The position numbers and the translations under genes were made by a program. A DNA stretch of 35,747 bases from positions 1-35,747 of the forward strand of contig PS015216.1 in NCBI GenBank assembly GCA_048213135.1, given 5' to 3'. Position 1 is the first letter of the stretch. Every line of letters begins with the position of its first letter. The notes below the pieces were generated by a model. That model did no database searches. It saw only the letters and a program-made list of their open reading frames with translations, and was not told the DNA's origin. Positions 1 through 11,392 of this stretch are shown here, piece by piece. This DNA comes from Reclinomonas americana ATCC 50394. Its lineage: Eukaryota.

Positions 1-35
<35 letters not shown>

Positions 36-170
36 CTCCTCCTCCTCCTCCTCCTCCTCCTCCTCCTCCTCCTCCTCCTCCTCCTCCTCCTCCTCCTCCT
101 CCTCCTCCTCCTCCTCCTCCTCCTCCTCCTCCTCCTCCTCCTCCTCCTCCTCCTCCTCCTCCTCCTCCTC
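1..170. repeat. (TC)n followed by (TCC)n microsatellite, within the intron preceding the visible eEFSec exon
   Basis: Directly visible; followed by a pyrimidine tract and acceptor tccag at 211-215. Confidence 0.97.
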
Positions 171-215
171 ACCCCTTCGCCCTCATCCCTCACCCTTCCC
201 CTCTTCTCGCTCCAG

Positions 216-1969
216 GTGGCCTCCCGCTACTCCCGCCTCCAATTCACGCTCGTCGACTGCCCCGGCCACGCCTCACTCATCCGCGCCGTCATTGGCGGCG
301 CGCAAATCATCGACTCGATGATCCTCGTGATCGACATTCAAAAGGGCATTCAGACGCAGACGGCCGAGTGCATTGTCATTGGAGAGATTCTCGCCGGCGA
401 CCTGGTGGTGGCCCTCAACAAGGTCGACCTGATTCCGGCCGAGGCGCGCGAGGAGGCCATTCGGAAAATGTCGCTCCGCCTCTCCAAGACCTTTGCGACG
501 TCGACGCGGTTCGGGGCCGAGGTGCCGATTGTGCCAGTGAGTGCGCTGACGGGTGGCATTGAGGCGCTGGTGGCCACGCTGCGACAGCGTGTGCGCGTAC
601 CGCAACGGGACTCGAAGCCGTCGCGCTTTGTGGCCGCCATCGACCACTGTTTCAGTGTGCGTGGCGTGGGTACGGTGTTGACGGGCACGGTGCTCAGCGG
701 CAGTGTGGCTGTTGGCGACAACATCGCGGTGCCGTCGGCGGGCGACTCGGAACTGCACCGCGTCAAATCGCTGCAGGTGTTTCATCGACCGGTGCAGCGG
801 GCGGCGCAGGGCGATCGGGTCGGCATGTGTGTGCACGGAGTGGACGCCAGCAGCATGGAGCGCGGACTGGTCGGCGCCCCCGGCAAACTGGTGCACGTGA
901 ATGCGTGTGTGTGCTCGGTGCATCCGGTCAACTTTTTCAAGCTGGACGCCCCCTCGCGCTCCAAGTTCCACGTTACCGTGTCGCACACCACCGTCATGGC
1001 CACTGTCAACTTCTTTTCGCCCCCACTCGCCGCCGTCGATGCCGATCGAGGTGGCAGCAGTTCGGGTGCACCATCGGCACCGGTGGAGGCTGCCGCGCTG
1101 TCGCGAGTGGCACTGGAGGGTGTGCAGGACGAGCGTGCGCGCTTCACTCTCGACATGGACTACCTGGATGACGCAGAGATGCGGCGAGCGGGCAGTGGCG
1201 CCGCGGCCGGCGGCAGCAGCAGCACCACCACGGCAACAACAACAACCTCGTCGAGTGCCGCAGGTCCGTCGGCGGCGGCCGGTGATGGTGGCGACGACGG
1301 CGACGGCGATGATGATGCTCCGCGCAAGTCGCTGATTGACGAGCCACGAGCGCCGTACCAGTTCGCCCTGTTGCGATTCGACCAGCCCGTGTTGGTGCCA
1401 CACGATGCGCTCCTCATTGCGTCGCGTCTCGACACCGACATTCGTTGCGTCGCGCCATATCCCCTCATTCTCTCCGTCTCGTGTGTGCTGATGATGAGTC
1501 ACACAACACAGACTCGCCCGTCTGTCGCCTGGCCTTCCACGGACACATTGTGTCGCCACCGCTCACCGACGACATGCTGGCGCAGCTGCGGCTGTACAAG
1601 CCGAAGGCCAAGACGGGAATCATCGAGCGTGTGCAGGATGCGTACACGGTGATTGCGCGCCGCATGTTCAAAAAGGACACCGATATGAGTGTGTTTCTCG
1701 GGTTGCGCGTCACCACCTCCACGGGCGAGGTCGGTGTGATTGACTCGCCATTCGGCAAGTCGGGCAAGTTCAAGGTTCGCTTCCCGTCGGGTGGCATCAC
1801 CGACGCCTGGAAGGGCCGCGAACTGTACCTTCGCTTCAAAAAGTACATGCACAGTTTTGGCAGCGCTGCTTCCGGCAGTGGAGGCGCCTCGTCGTCTGGC
1901 GGCAGTGGCTCCTCCTCCTCGTCGGCTGCCGGAGCCGGCAAGGGTGCACACCGAAAGATCCACCAGTAG
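216..1969 (+). CDS. EEFSEC: Selenocysteine-specific elongation factor eEFSec (eukaryotic SelB), 5'-partial; exons 216-1443 and 1512-1969
   Basis: G-domain motifs LQFTLVDCPGHASLIRAVIGGAQIID, KGIQTQTAEC and NKVD; domain II DHCFSVRGVGTVLTGTVLSG; SRLDTDIH|SPVCRLAFHG rebuilt across intron 1444-1511 (GTTGCG...CAG); C-terminal GVIDSPFGKSGKFKV. The P-loop exon lies upstream of the window. Confidence 0.95.
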
Positions 1970-2049
1970 AACACGCAATGAAGGGAGAACACAAAAAAAC
2001 GCGCGATTTTCACTGATATTCGATTTCAACTATTGACAGGAGCGGCGTA

Positions 2050-4450
2050 CTAGTTTCGATGGGCCATGATCTGCACATGCGTGATTGAGTATTCTGCTAT
2101 TGCATCAGCAGCGCTATAATGTGCAAGAGACGCAACATGAATCCAATTGTTGAGCTGCGTGCGTTTGGTCTTGAGCGAGACGTGAATCTGCTTCTCGAAA
2201 TGCGCCGCGGCCTCGGCATCCGAGCAGCCGAGCAGTAGTCTGTCACGCAGCCAGTAGATGTCCTCTTCTGATGTGAGCTCCGGAATGCCGGTGGAGATCA
2301 TCAGTTTGAAGAGATTCATCAGCATGTCACCGTGGCGGCGGATAATGTTGTAGGCCGTGCAGCACAGCTTGGTGAACAACTGGAAGTTCTGATGGCTCGT
2401 GCCGCCCATGACGTAGCAGTAGTCGGGCGTGAACACAAACGGCGCCGTCTCGCGCTTCCAGCCAGCAAAGGTCTTGTAGTTGCCGAGGAAGTGACCGAAA
2501 TCAATGTCTGTGTGCCGGAATTATCGTGAGCGAGGAAGGACAAGTAGGCGGTGCACACCCTATCAGGAAAACGCAACGGAACAACTGGCCGCTCTTGGTG
2601 AGCATAATGTTGTCGTTGTGACGATCGCCGATGCCCATGACATAGGTGGCCACACAGTAACCGGCACATGAGCTGATAAAGTTGTCGACTGCTCTCCTGT
2701 AGTGGTCCTCTCGCGGGTTGTTTCGTCGTAGCCACTTGGCGAGCGGATCCTCACGGAAGGCAGCCGTGGCACCACCGGCCTCCTTCGTGATGTTGGCCGT
2801 TGTTTCTGAGTTGAGCACCACCTCGATCATGCCGACGGCGTCGCCCAGCACAATGCACCCGTACGGAATCATGTGCAAGTCGAGACCCTCGCGTTTCCAC
2901 AACTTGTCCATGATGCGCAGCATCTGCAGCGTCAGCATGTCCTGCCGTGGATCGTCGCCGGCCTTGAAAATGACACGAATCGGGTCGCCCACTGGGTCGG
3001 CGTTCTTGAACACGAGCCATAGTGGTAGCTGCAGCAACAGAAAAAGGTAGTGAGCGACATGGCTGAACTAAGAGCAACGAGGAGAAAAAGCACCTTTTTC
3101 GAGTCCATCACACGACATGAATCAATCACCAGTCCGCACGCCTCTAGCCGCGGACTCAGTGCCAACTTGAACTGTGCGGGGAACTTGACCTCTTGCAGGC
3201 CCTCGTGAAGCACGCGCAGCTGCTCCGCCTTACTACTGCCAGCATCCTTCACTCGATACGCCACCCGCGTCAACTCGGTCACCACCATGTTCTGATTGCG
3301 GAACTCGCCTCGAATCGGTCCACACATGCGCAAAAACTCCTCCAGCAGCAGTCCATTGCGTTCAGACACGTGGTGTACGTGCATTTCGGCCTGCGCAGCA
3401 ATGGAAAGTACGTCAGAATCATTCTACTCGCCCTTCCACTCTCTCCTTCAATCTCATACCCGCAAATGCCAGTAGAAAATGTGTCCGACCAAGTGCGGCG
3501 TTTGCACGGCTCGCTTGAGGAGGAAGCGTGCCAGATCGGAGTCGTGGTGAGCCTCGTACTTGAGCACCTGATGATGATGCGAGAGTTGGCAAGTGTGGGG
3601 AGAGAGAGAAAGAAAGACAATCAGTCACCTGCGTCAGTTGCAGCATCAAGTCGTACAGCTCCGCGTCGTCCAATTGATCCAGTCGCTCCACGGCATATGC
3701 GCGAACCAGCTCATCAGCGTGACCGCCATCCAGCAGCTGCATGGAGGTGGAGTGTGTGAATGAGAAAAGAAAAACAAGTGAATTGAGGGAGGAATCAATG
3801 CTCACCTCGAGCGCATCGACGGCCGACAGTGGGGCCCACTCGTGCAAGAGACTGCAAGCCACAACTCACGTGTCAGATGAGAGAAAACGGACCATCCTTT
3901 TCGGAAAACAAGATGCAACGCAACACATGAGCCTCGTGCGTCTTGGATGGACTGTGCCATGGCACCGACGACATGAACTTGGCCAGACCCTTTGGTTCCA
4001 TTGTGTAAAAGTGTCGATATCGCCATAGCATTGCTCGGTCTTCGGGAGTCAACTTGTACAGGGGATCTGCAAAAGGATGAAGAGGGGAGAGTGGGTTGGC
4101 GTGGTCAACATTTCACAGGCAACAAATAATCGGCTCGGAACGCAACCGGCATTAGCCAGCGTGATCAGGCCCTCCCGTTCTCCGCTGGACGGCGTGCCCG
4201 GCTCAAAATCGACCTCGCTCGGATCCTGCGGTGGTTCGCCGAGCGGGAACACCACGGGCAGCGGGAATTGCTCGAATGCGAAGAACAGGGTCGCAGCATT
4301 CACTGCGCCCACGTTCTCGACGCAAGTGACTGCCAAGAAGAGAAGAAGGGGAGAGATACAGCAGTTTAGCACACACACTCACTCACTCACAACACAAAAA
4401 ACAGCAACAATAACAATGCTCTCTCTCTTTCTCTCTCACTCACTCACACA

Positions 4451-4501
<51 letters not shown>

Positions 4502-7500
4502 CCCCCCCCCGCCCCGCCGCGCCCTCTCTCTCTCTCTCAAACACACACACCAATGGGGTTCGCTTTGGCATCCGGCCACATGCGCATGCTGTAGGGTCCA
4601 CGTCGCAACTCGCCGACGTGATCAATCAACTGGCAGTTGACCCAGGCCACGGGAATGTCACGCATCACATTGAACCCTTGCAAGTCGCCCGTGCCACTGC
4701 GTAAAAAGGCTACCAATCAGAGAGGGTAGGAATGTCATTGTGACAGGCGCAACCACGCACGTAAACAACAAGCGGTCATCTCTCCTGTATGGCCGTGCGT
4801 ACAGCGTGAAACACAGACGTGTTTCCTGTGCGACAGTGTCAGCTAATACACACATCACGCAGAGTCGCCAAGGTCCCCACAAACAAACCTTGGACAAATG
4901 TGAGAGCATCGTGTCGTCGAACATGACCCACTCGTTCCACCTCGCGTTACCGTCCAGCGGTACCGCGCGCGATGTCTTTGGCGCGCCAATCAGACTGTAA
5001 CCGTGGTGCCTGCGAGTGCGTATAGGTGAGCCGAGCATCACATGGAACATAGCGTTGGGACGCAACAGCTCAGCCACAATGTACACGGAAATCTCCTCGG
5101 GTGCGCGGCCGAGACTGTGCAGAGCCGTCGACGACGCCACGAGATTGTCGACACCAATGAGCTTGAAGCGGAACGGTCGATTAATGTCCCACATGCTGAT
5201 CTGCTTCAGTTCGTGCCAGTCGTGCTGCTGGATGTTGATTTGCTCGTGGAAGTAGCTCGGCTTCATGTTGATTTCGTACATGATGCGTGACTAGAGAAGA
5301 AGGAGGAGAGGGTGGAAGTGAGTACAAAAGCCATCTCTTCTGAAGATGGAGAACGAGGGAAGACGTTACCTTGGCCGGTGCCGTCACTGGCTTCACGGTC
5401 CCGCGACGCACCAAACTCAACTCGACCGTCACCTTTTCGTTCTCCTGCTCACGCAGATCCTTCAGTCGCCGCCGCACGTATTCGAATTGGTACATGGGGA
5501 ACGAGCCGAAAATGAACTCGGCGAGACCGGTGACCTGTGCGCACAAGAGGTGAGAAGACAAAGAAGAGGAGACAGTGGAAGAGAAAGGCGAGTCACCTTG
5601 AACACGTAGTCCTCCACCGTCGAGTTCTTCCGAGACGCCGTGCGATTGAATTTTTGCACGAGCTTGGACATGATGTCGGTCGGTGTGTCGGTGACTGGCG
5701 GGGGAGGTGAGGTGTGAGAGAGGAGCAAGGGAGAAAGGGGGAAGAGAGAGAGAGAAAGAGGAGAAGAGAGAGAGAGAGGAGAAGCGAGAGAGAGAGAGGA
5801 GACAGAGAGCAGAGGAAAGAGAGAGAGAGAAAGAGAGCGGCAGACAGTCAGATGGGCAGACACACACAGAGACACAAAGAGAGAGAGAGCGTGTGTGTGT
5901 GAGAGAGAGTGAGAGAGGTGGAGAAAGACCGATATACAAACAGGCAGACAGACAAGAGAAAGAGAGAGAGAGAAGAGGAACAAGAGAAAGAGACAGTCAA
6001 AAGTTGGACAAGAAGGGAACCAGACAGATAGACATCAGAAACGAAGAGAGAACAGAAGAAAGCACAACATCAATACACAACTGTTGCAAGGAATGGTCTT
6101 TCGCTGAGCCTCGTCTGGCAGCGTGACACGCACAAGGAAGCGTTGCGGGAAATTGGCCGGCAACGCTTCGTTGCTGAGGTACACAGGCATGTCGGGATCT
6201 ACGGCGACACGCACAAACCACTCTCAGACTCAAACAATGTGCGCACCAAGGAATCACAGATACAACTCACCGCTGCTCGCACTGGCACGACGCTCTGCCC
6301 CATCGCCCTTGGTTGCTGCTGCCGCCGCCGCCTCGGCGGCCGCATTGATGGGTCCGTATTGCTCACTGAGCTCGTGAATGGAACGCAGTGTCTCGCGGAA
6401 GCGCTGCGCCTCGCGCGACACCACCTTGAACTGCGGGCCGATCATGTCGGCGATCTCGCTGAGGGGGATGTCGTCGGGCTTCACCTCGGCCGCCCGTCCA
6501 ATCGTATCCTGCCGCGAGCGCAGCATGCGCCGTCGGTGCAGCATGCCACCGTTTCCGTCCTCCGCCACGTCAATGCCAGGTGTGCCGCCGTTGCCGTTTG
6601 CGCGGAGGAGGGATTGACTGTGCAAGGGAGGGGAGAGAGAGAGAGAGAGAGAGCGAGTGAGGAGAGTGAGGAGAGACAGCAGAGAGAGGGATGGCCGGAA
6701 AAAGGAAAAGGAATGAAAAGCAATGGCACACAAAACGAATGAATGGCAGCGCTTGTGTAGGCAATCATTGTGCAAAAGAGGCAGAGGAATGATGCGGAAT
6801 GATGCAGCAGAGCACACAAGCATGATGGAGAAAGAGTAGAAGGTTGTGAGGAGAAGCTGCTCGGAACTCGCGGACACTCAGTGGGAGAGGGAGAGATTGA
6901 GACTGTGTGTGTCAGAGAGAGAGTGAGAGAGTGAGAGAGAAAGACGCAGGGCTGCAGAGAGAGGAGTCGGAGCACAATGGCAACCAAGAGACTGCACAGT
7001 GCACATGCGAGACTGAGAAAGAGGAGAATAAGAGGAGCGGACAGTCACATCAGACCACTGCAGTGAGTGAGTGTGAGTGTGAGAGAGACGCAGGGCTGCA
7101 GAGAGAGAAGTCGGAGTACAATCGCCACTGAGAGTGAACACAGTGTGCACACAGGATTGAGAATGAGGAGAATGAGCGGACAGTCTCATCAGAGTGAACT
7201 ACAGTGAGTGCGTGAGTGTGCGTGTGTGTGTGTGGAGAGAGAGAGAGAGAGAGCGCAGAATGCATCAATCTCTCACAGACACACTCCGATGCATTTGACT
7301 GCACACACACACACACACACTCTCACTCAAATTCACCGATGTGGTCGCGACGAAGGCGACACTGCTCCTCCCGCACTCGCCGCACCACTCCCAGACGACT
7401 CTCCATGTATCTAACACACACACACACACACAGTCAGTCACACACAGACAGAGTTATGTGTGTGTCTTGTGTGTGTGTAACTCTCTGCTGCTGCTCCTGC

Positions 7501-7670
7501 AACTCCTGCGCAGTACGCATGAGCGCAGCCACGTTCTTAGGCAAGCGCTCCACACTAACGCGCACGGCCTTTTGTGAGAGGCGATGGGCGTCGCTCATGC
7601 CCACCAAGCCCACCGCCTGCGCGCCCCTCTCCACACAACAGTACCTCCGGAAGATCACATTCGCATCCAT
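2050..7670 (-). CDS. Class I-like phosphatidylinositol 3-kinase (RBD-like, C2, helical and kinase domains), about 1,117 aa. Exons: 7670-7482, 7410-7337, 6617-6271, 6222-6082, 5694-5597, 5534-5370, 5290-4889, 4825-4761, 4696-4551, 4329-4147, 4066-3925, 3851-3806, 3736-3629, 3567-3460, 3390-3094, 3028-2578, 2507-2137, 2070-2050
   Basis: Kinase motifs MDSKKLPLWL, IFKAGDDPRQDMLTLQ, SCAGYCVATYVMGIGDRHNDNIM, FHIDFGHFLG, RETAPFVFT; helical-domain VRAYAV...LLQLTQVLKYE-like segment; C2 WNEW and AWVNCQLID; RBD-like DYVFKVTG. All exon phases are compatible. The start codon is uncertain (7670 or 7598). Confidence 0.93.
5710..6000. repeat. GA/CA-rich low-complexity microsatellite tract in a PI3K intron
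   Basis: Directly visible (GA)n-dominated sequence. Confidence 0.9.
6935..7220. repeat. Degenerate tandem duplication, unit about 145 bp, in a PI3K intron
   Basis: agacgcagggctgcagagagag-agtcggag and gcggacagtc-catcaga each occur twice, about 145 bp apart. Confidence 0.8.
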
Positions 7671-7689
7671 CCTGCTCTCTCACACACAC

Positions 7690-9338
7690 TTACACTACTT
7701 GATCAAGTTGCGCAGCGTCAAACAACTGCGGGACAGGCGCCTCTGCACGTCGCCACATGAGCAGCGGGTGCGAGGCCGGAACTTCGGCTTGTGGACCCAT
7801 CAAGCCCGTTCTACGCAGCATCTCACTGTGTAGAGTCATTGCTGCAGTGCCGCTCAAGGCAGCGGATTGGCGGTCGCGCAGGAATTCAAAGTGGTCGGCG
7901 GAGACGGTGTTGTCGCCGTGCTGCACGTACCAGTAGAGCGTGGGCGCGTCGAGCATGATGATGCGGTGGGATTGGAGGAGCTGGTGCATGGCGACTGTGT
8001 CCTCGCCGCGGTTGAGGTTGCCGTAGGGCGGCATGGCTGACTTGCGGCACACGAGTGTGTTGTCCTGGTGCCACATGACGGAGAAGCGGAGGGTCGGCGG
8101 CCACTCGTTGGCGTGCCAGATGATCTCGCGCGCCAACGTCGATGCGGCCACGGACTCGTCGGCGAAACGCACAATGGCCTGCATTTGCACGGCCAGGCGA
8201 TCTGGATCGTAGATATCGTCGTCGTCCCACACGGCCACGTACTCGCCACGTGCCATCTCCACGGCAAAGTTGCGCTGCGTGCCCAGTGTCATCTGTTCGC
8301 GCTCCTCCTCCGACGAGGTGCGGATGCCAAACAGGCGGATGCGTGAGTCGCCCAGGCGCTGCAGCACGCTGTCGAGCATGCGTTCCGTCGTCGGGTTCTT
8401 CGTCACAATCACCAGCTCGCGATTGGCATACGTCTGCAGCTGAAACAGGTACACCGCGCGCAGGGCGTGCCAGACGCGTCGATCGGTGATCATCAGGCAC
8501 GACACGAGCGGCAAGTCGGGCGATTCAGGCGAAAAGTACGGCGCCGGGAACGTGCGACTGTCGCCAAACATGATACCGCGCGCAATGACCAGTACTTCTG
8601 TTGGGTTCGCGGGCGACGGATGCTTGTCCGTGATCAGATAGCCAACATCGGTGAGCGCTGAGAGGCGAGCGCGCGTGTGTGAGCGAGTGAGTCAAGCAAC
8701 AACGAAACACACCGAACGAACCACGACCGCTGCCCTCAATCAACTGCGCAGTGACGAATCAGTGAAGATGACGCGCGTTGAGAGGGGCGACTCAAGAGGA
8801 GGGGGAGGAGGCACGCACCCAGTCTCGCATGTTCTCTGTGATGGGTGGGTGCTGCAGCTCGTTGGCGGGTGTCTCCTTGGCGACCAGTTGCCACGAGCCG
8901 CGTCCAATGCCTCCAATGCTCTGTCCGTCTTTCTCAGGGTCGGGAGGAGGTCCACACACGAGCAGAGTGAAGGTGTCGGTGAGAGGGTAGTAGATCCACC
9001 AGCGGAGAGAGCAGGTCGAGCGCAGGAAGAGAGTCGGGTGTCGTGTGCAGAAGCATGCGCGCGTCTGTGCACAGAGTGAGTGTGTGTGAGAGGGGGAGAG
9101 AGTGTGCGCGTAATCAGCGCACCTCTTCGCCTGCAATGGACACCGCATGGTCGACAGCCACTGTGCGCGCGCACATACACGTCATTCAATGCACACATAG
9201 ACACTCACACACAAACTGACGCAACATTGCGCATTGCTGTGTCTCACAAGGCACACGCGAGGTGACAAGGAGGAGGAGGAGGAGGAGAAAAGGAAACCGC
9301 AAATAACACACGGCCTCTCTTCTTCTCTCCGCAATCAT
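7690..9338 (-). CDS. GT2/GT-A fold glycosyltransferase paralog 1 with N-terminal signal or anchor; exons about 9338-9209, 9160-9123, 9064-8819, 8743-8713, 8657-7690
   Basis: LPLVSCLMIT, ELVIV, TLGTQRNFAVEMARGEYVAVWDDDDIYDPDRLAVQ (DxD motif), RGEDT, LYWYVQHGDNT; first exon MIAERRREAVCYLRFPFLLLLLLLV. The first donor site is uncertain. Confidence 0.85.
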
Positions 9339-9460
9339 CGATTTTCTTGTGCACTTTTCCCGCCAGTTCTTTGTCGCAAATGGACTTCAGAGAAGGCCGC
9401 CCCACACACACACACACGTCAAAGCATGCATTGTCTAAGCTGTATTCTCTCCGCGCTCCA

Positions 9461-11147
9461 TCACTGCACATTCGTTTCGTTGTTATGCAGCGATGGGGAT
9501 CCGGATATCGAGGTCTGTAATGTGGACGTCGACGTCGTCTGCTGAGTCCAGACGAGGAGCGGGTGCGAGGCCGGAACTTCGGCTTGCGGGCCCACCAGGC
9601 CAGTTCGCTGCAGCATATTGGCATGCAACGTCTTGGCAGAGAGGCCGCTCAGGGTGAGCGAGCGGAGGCCGAGCAAGGCGTTGACATGCTCGGTCGTCAC
9701 CGTGTTGTCGCCGTGCTGCACGTACCAGTAGAGCGTGGGCGTGTCGAGCATGATGATGCGTTGCGCCTGGAATAAGTGGTGCAGCGCGGCCACGTCCTCG
9801 CCGGTGTCGTGTTTGCTGTAGGGCGGCATCACCGACTTGCGGCACACCAGTGTGTTGAACGCATGCCAAGTGTCCGTGAAGTGGATCTGCGGCGGCCACA
9901 CGTTGGCGTGCCAGATGATCTCACGGGCGAGTGTGGAGGCGGCCAGCGAGTGGTCGGCAAAACGCACAATAGCCTGCATCTGCACGGCCAGGCGATCCGG
10001 ATCGTAAATGTCGTCGTCGTCCCACACGGCCACGTACTCGCCGTGCGCCATCTCCACGGCAAAGTTCCGCTGATCGCCCAGCGTCATCTGCTCGTACTCC
10101 TCCTCCGACGATGTGCGAATGCCGAACATGCGGATGCGTGAGTCGGCCACACGCTGCAGCACGCTGTCGAGCATGCGCACCGTCGTCGGGTTCTTCGTCA
10201 CAATCACCAGCTCGCGATTGACATACGTCTGCTTCTGAAACAGGTACACCGCGCGCAAGGCGTGCCAGATGCGTCGATCGGTGATCATCAGGCACGACAC
10301 GAGCGGCAGGTCGGGCGATTCAGGCGAAAAGTACGGCGCCGGGAACGTGCGACTGTCGCCGTGCATGATACCGCGCGCGACAATCGACACATCACTCGGA
10401 TCGCTGGCTCCGTCCACCTTGTCGGTAATCATGAACCACACGTCGGTGAGTGCTGAGAGGCGAGCGCGTGTGTAAGTGAGCAAAAAACTGAGGAGCATCC
10501 CCCAGCAAGGCAATCACGCACCTCGCCCGTTTCCTCCGATGAGCTAACGAATGACCATATCAAGGAGTGAGCATGCATGCAGGCAGTCGCGCGTGTGGGT
10601 AACAAGACACACTCTCACGCACCCAGTCACGCATCGTATCCGTGAGTGGAGGGTGCTGCTGCTGCTGCTGCTCCTCAACTGGTGTCTCTGCAGTCACCAG
10701 TTGCCACTCGCCACGCCCAACGCCACCAATCGACTTTCCGTCCATCGCTGGATCGACGGGTGGCCCACAGAGGTGCTCAGAGAAGGAGTGTTGCTGTGGA
10801 TTGTAGGTCCACCAGTGGAGAGAGCACGTGGAGCGCAAGAAGAGTGATGGATGTCGTGTGCAGAAGCATGCGCGGGTCTGCGCAGAGTGAGAGGNNNNNN
10901 NNNNNNNNNNNNNNAGAGAGAGAGAGAGAGGGACAGCACACACACAGATGCACCTCTTCGTCCGCGATGGAAACCGCGTGGTCGACAGTGACTATGCGCA
11001 CGAACGCAGGCACAAGTGAGCAAGCAGTTCACACATACGCACACACACGCATTCACTCGCGCAACTTTGTGCATTACACAGAGACACAAAGAGTATGAGA
11101 AGAAAGCAGAGAGGGAGGAGGAGGTGAGGCAGCCAGTGAGCGCACAT
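9461..11147 (-). CDS. GT2/GT-A fold glycosyltransferase paralog 2 with signal peptide; exons 11147-11057, 10991-10954, 10877-10623, 10543-10522, 10452-9461
   Basis: Near-identical catalytic exon to paralog 1 (GEYVAVWDDDDIYDPDRL, TGEDV); first exon MCAHWLPHLLLPLCFLLILFVSLCNAQ; exon phases consistent. Confidence 0.88.
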
Positions 11148-11392
11148 GAGCGCTCACAGAATGAAAACGCGGTCCAATTGGTTTTCTCAAAGACCTTGGT
11201 TTTTCCAGTCGTCCGACGACTCGGCAGCGTGCATGCGACCTTTGTTATTTTGTTTTCAGAGCGACGAGGGTGCAGATGTATCGATATCAGCAGCTTGCAT
11301 GGCCGGTTGCGCATGCGGGGATTTGGATGTACACTAATATTACAGCCCTCACACCCATTGCAGCGCGAAAACCCGCGGCCACCCGTCCACCA

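Noticed and set aside
273-1559. 428-aa antisense ORF and similar shadow ORFs opposite real genes
   Set aside because: Expected stop-codon scarcity on the reverse strand of GC-rich coding DNA; no recognisable motifs.
1970-2049. SECIS element downstream of eEFSec
   Set aside because: No convincing AUGA/GA kink-turn stem-loop in 80 bp, and no in-frame UGA in the visible coding sequence.
5181-7316. ORFs rich in LSLSLS, ERERER, HTHTHT or CVCVCV (also near 16000-16400 and 23200-24500)
   Set aside because: Translations of intronic microsatellites.
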